This document shows positions 63,636 through 64,000 of a stretch of 64,000 nucleotides of DNA, piece after piece (position 1 is the stretch's first letter; every line of letters starts with the position of its first letter). The DNA is taken from NCBI GenBank assembly GCA_024679065.1, contig JAGIQG010000004.1, positions 62,744,001-62,808,000 on the forward strand. Reading direction: 5' to 3'. Source of the DNA: Sphyrna mokarran. Lineage: Eukaryota. The notes under the pieces were generated by a model. The model searched no databases and was not told the DNA's origin. It saw only the letters and a list, made by a program, of their open reading frames with translations. The position numbers and the translations under genes were made by a program.

Positions 63636-63915
63636 GGGCGCATAATGGCACAGTGCTTAGCACTGCTGCATCACATCGCCAGGAAACCAGGTTCAATTCC
63701 TTGCTGTACATTATCCCTGAGCCTGCACAGGTTTCTTCCGGGTGTTCTGACTTCCTCCCATTGTCCGAAAGACGGGCTGATTAGATTCAATGACCATACT
63801 AAATTCTCCCTTACTGTATCTGAACAGGCGCCGGAGTGTGGGGCTAGTGGATTTTCACAGTAACTTCATTGCAGTTTCATATAAATATACGTTTGACACT
63901 AATTAAATAAACTTT
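63636..63915 (+). mobile_element. tRNA-derived SINE, second tail type
   Basis: Homologous to 50436-50720. Confidence 0.75.
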
Positions 63916-64000
63916 AAACGATATCTTATTGAAAGGAATGCTACCCGAGTAACGTCGTGCAAACCTGCAGCAGGTCCCGAACAGTATGAAATCAGCTGGC

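Overview
Repeat-rich vertebrate genomic DNA, almost certainly from a cartilaginous fish (HE1-type SINEs, dense CR1 LINEs, shark-type Penelope and Harbinger remnants; taxon inferred from repeats only). About half the window is transposon debris, and nearly all long ORFs in the track are CR1 ORF1/ORF2 pieces. One intact host gene can be assembled by hand on the + strand (43625-56350): leader, a germline-joined V(J)-type Ig domain, a C1-set Ig domain, an uncharged TM, short cytoplasmic exons and a last exon with an ITIM (LTYASL) and an ITSM-like motif (TEYVQL). This is a non-rearranging, antigen-receptor-like/SIRP-like inhibitory receptor of about 337-351 aa; the ORF track shows only the V exon and part of the C1 exon. 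Other notable items: (i) a CR1 family whose 3' UTR carries a conserved splice acceptor, a ~140-nt module with compensatory base-pair changes and an embedded SINE body; (ii) a Copia (GalEa-like) LTR-gag-PR-IN fossil; (iii) an endogenous retrovirus env + PPT + 3' LTR relic; (iv) Penelope pLTR fragments with decayed hammerhead cores inside introns of the receptor gene; (v) a near full-length CR1 with an esterase-type ORF1. No database searches were run, and repeat boundaries are approximate.
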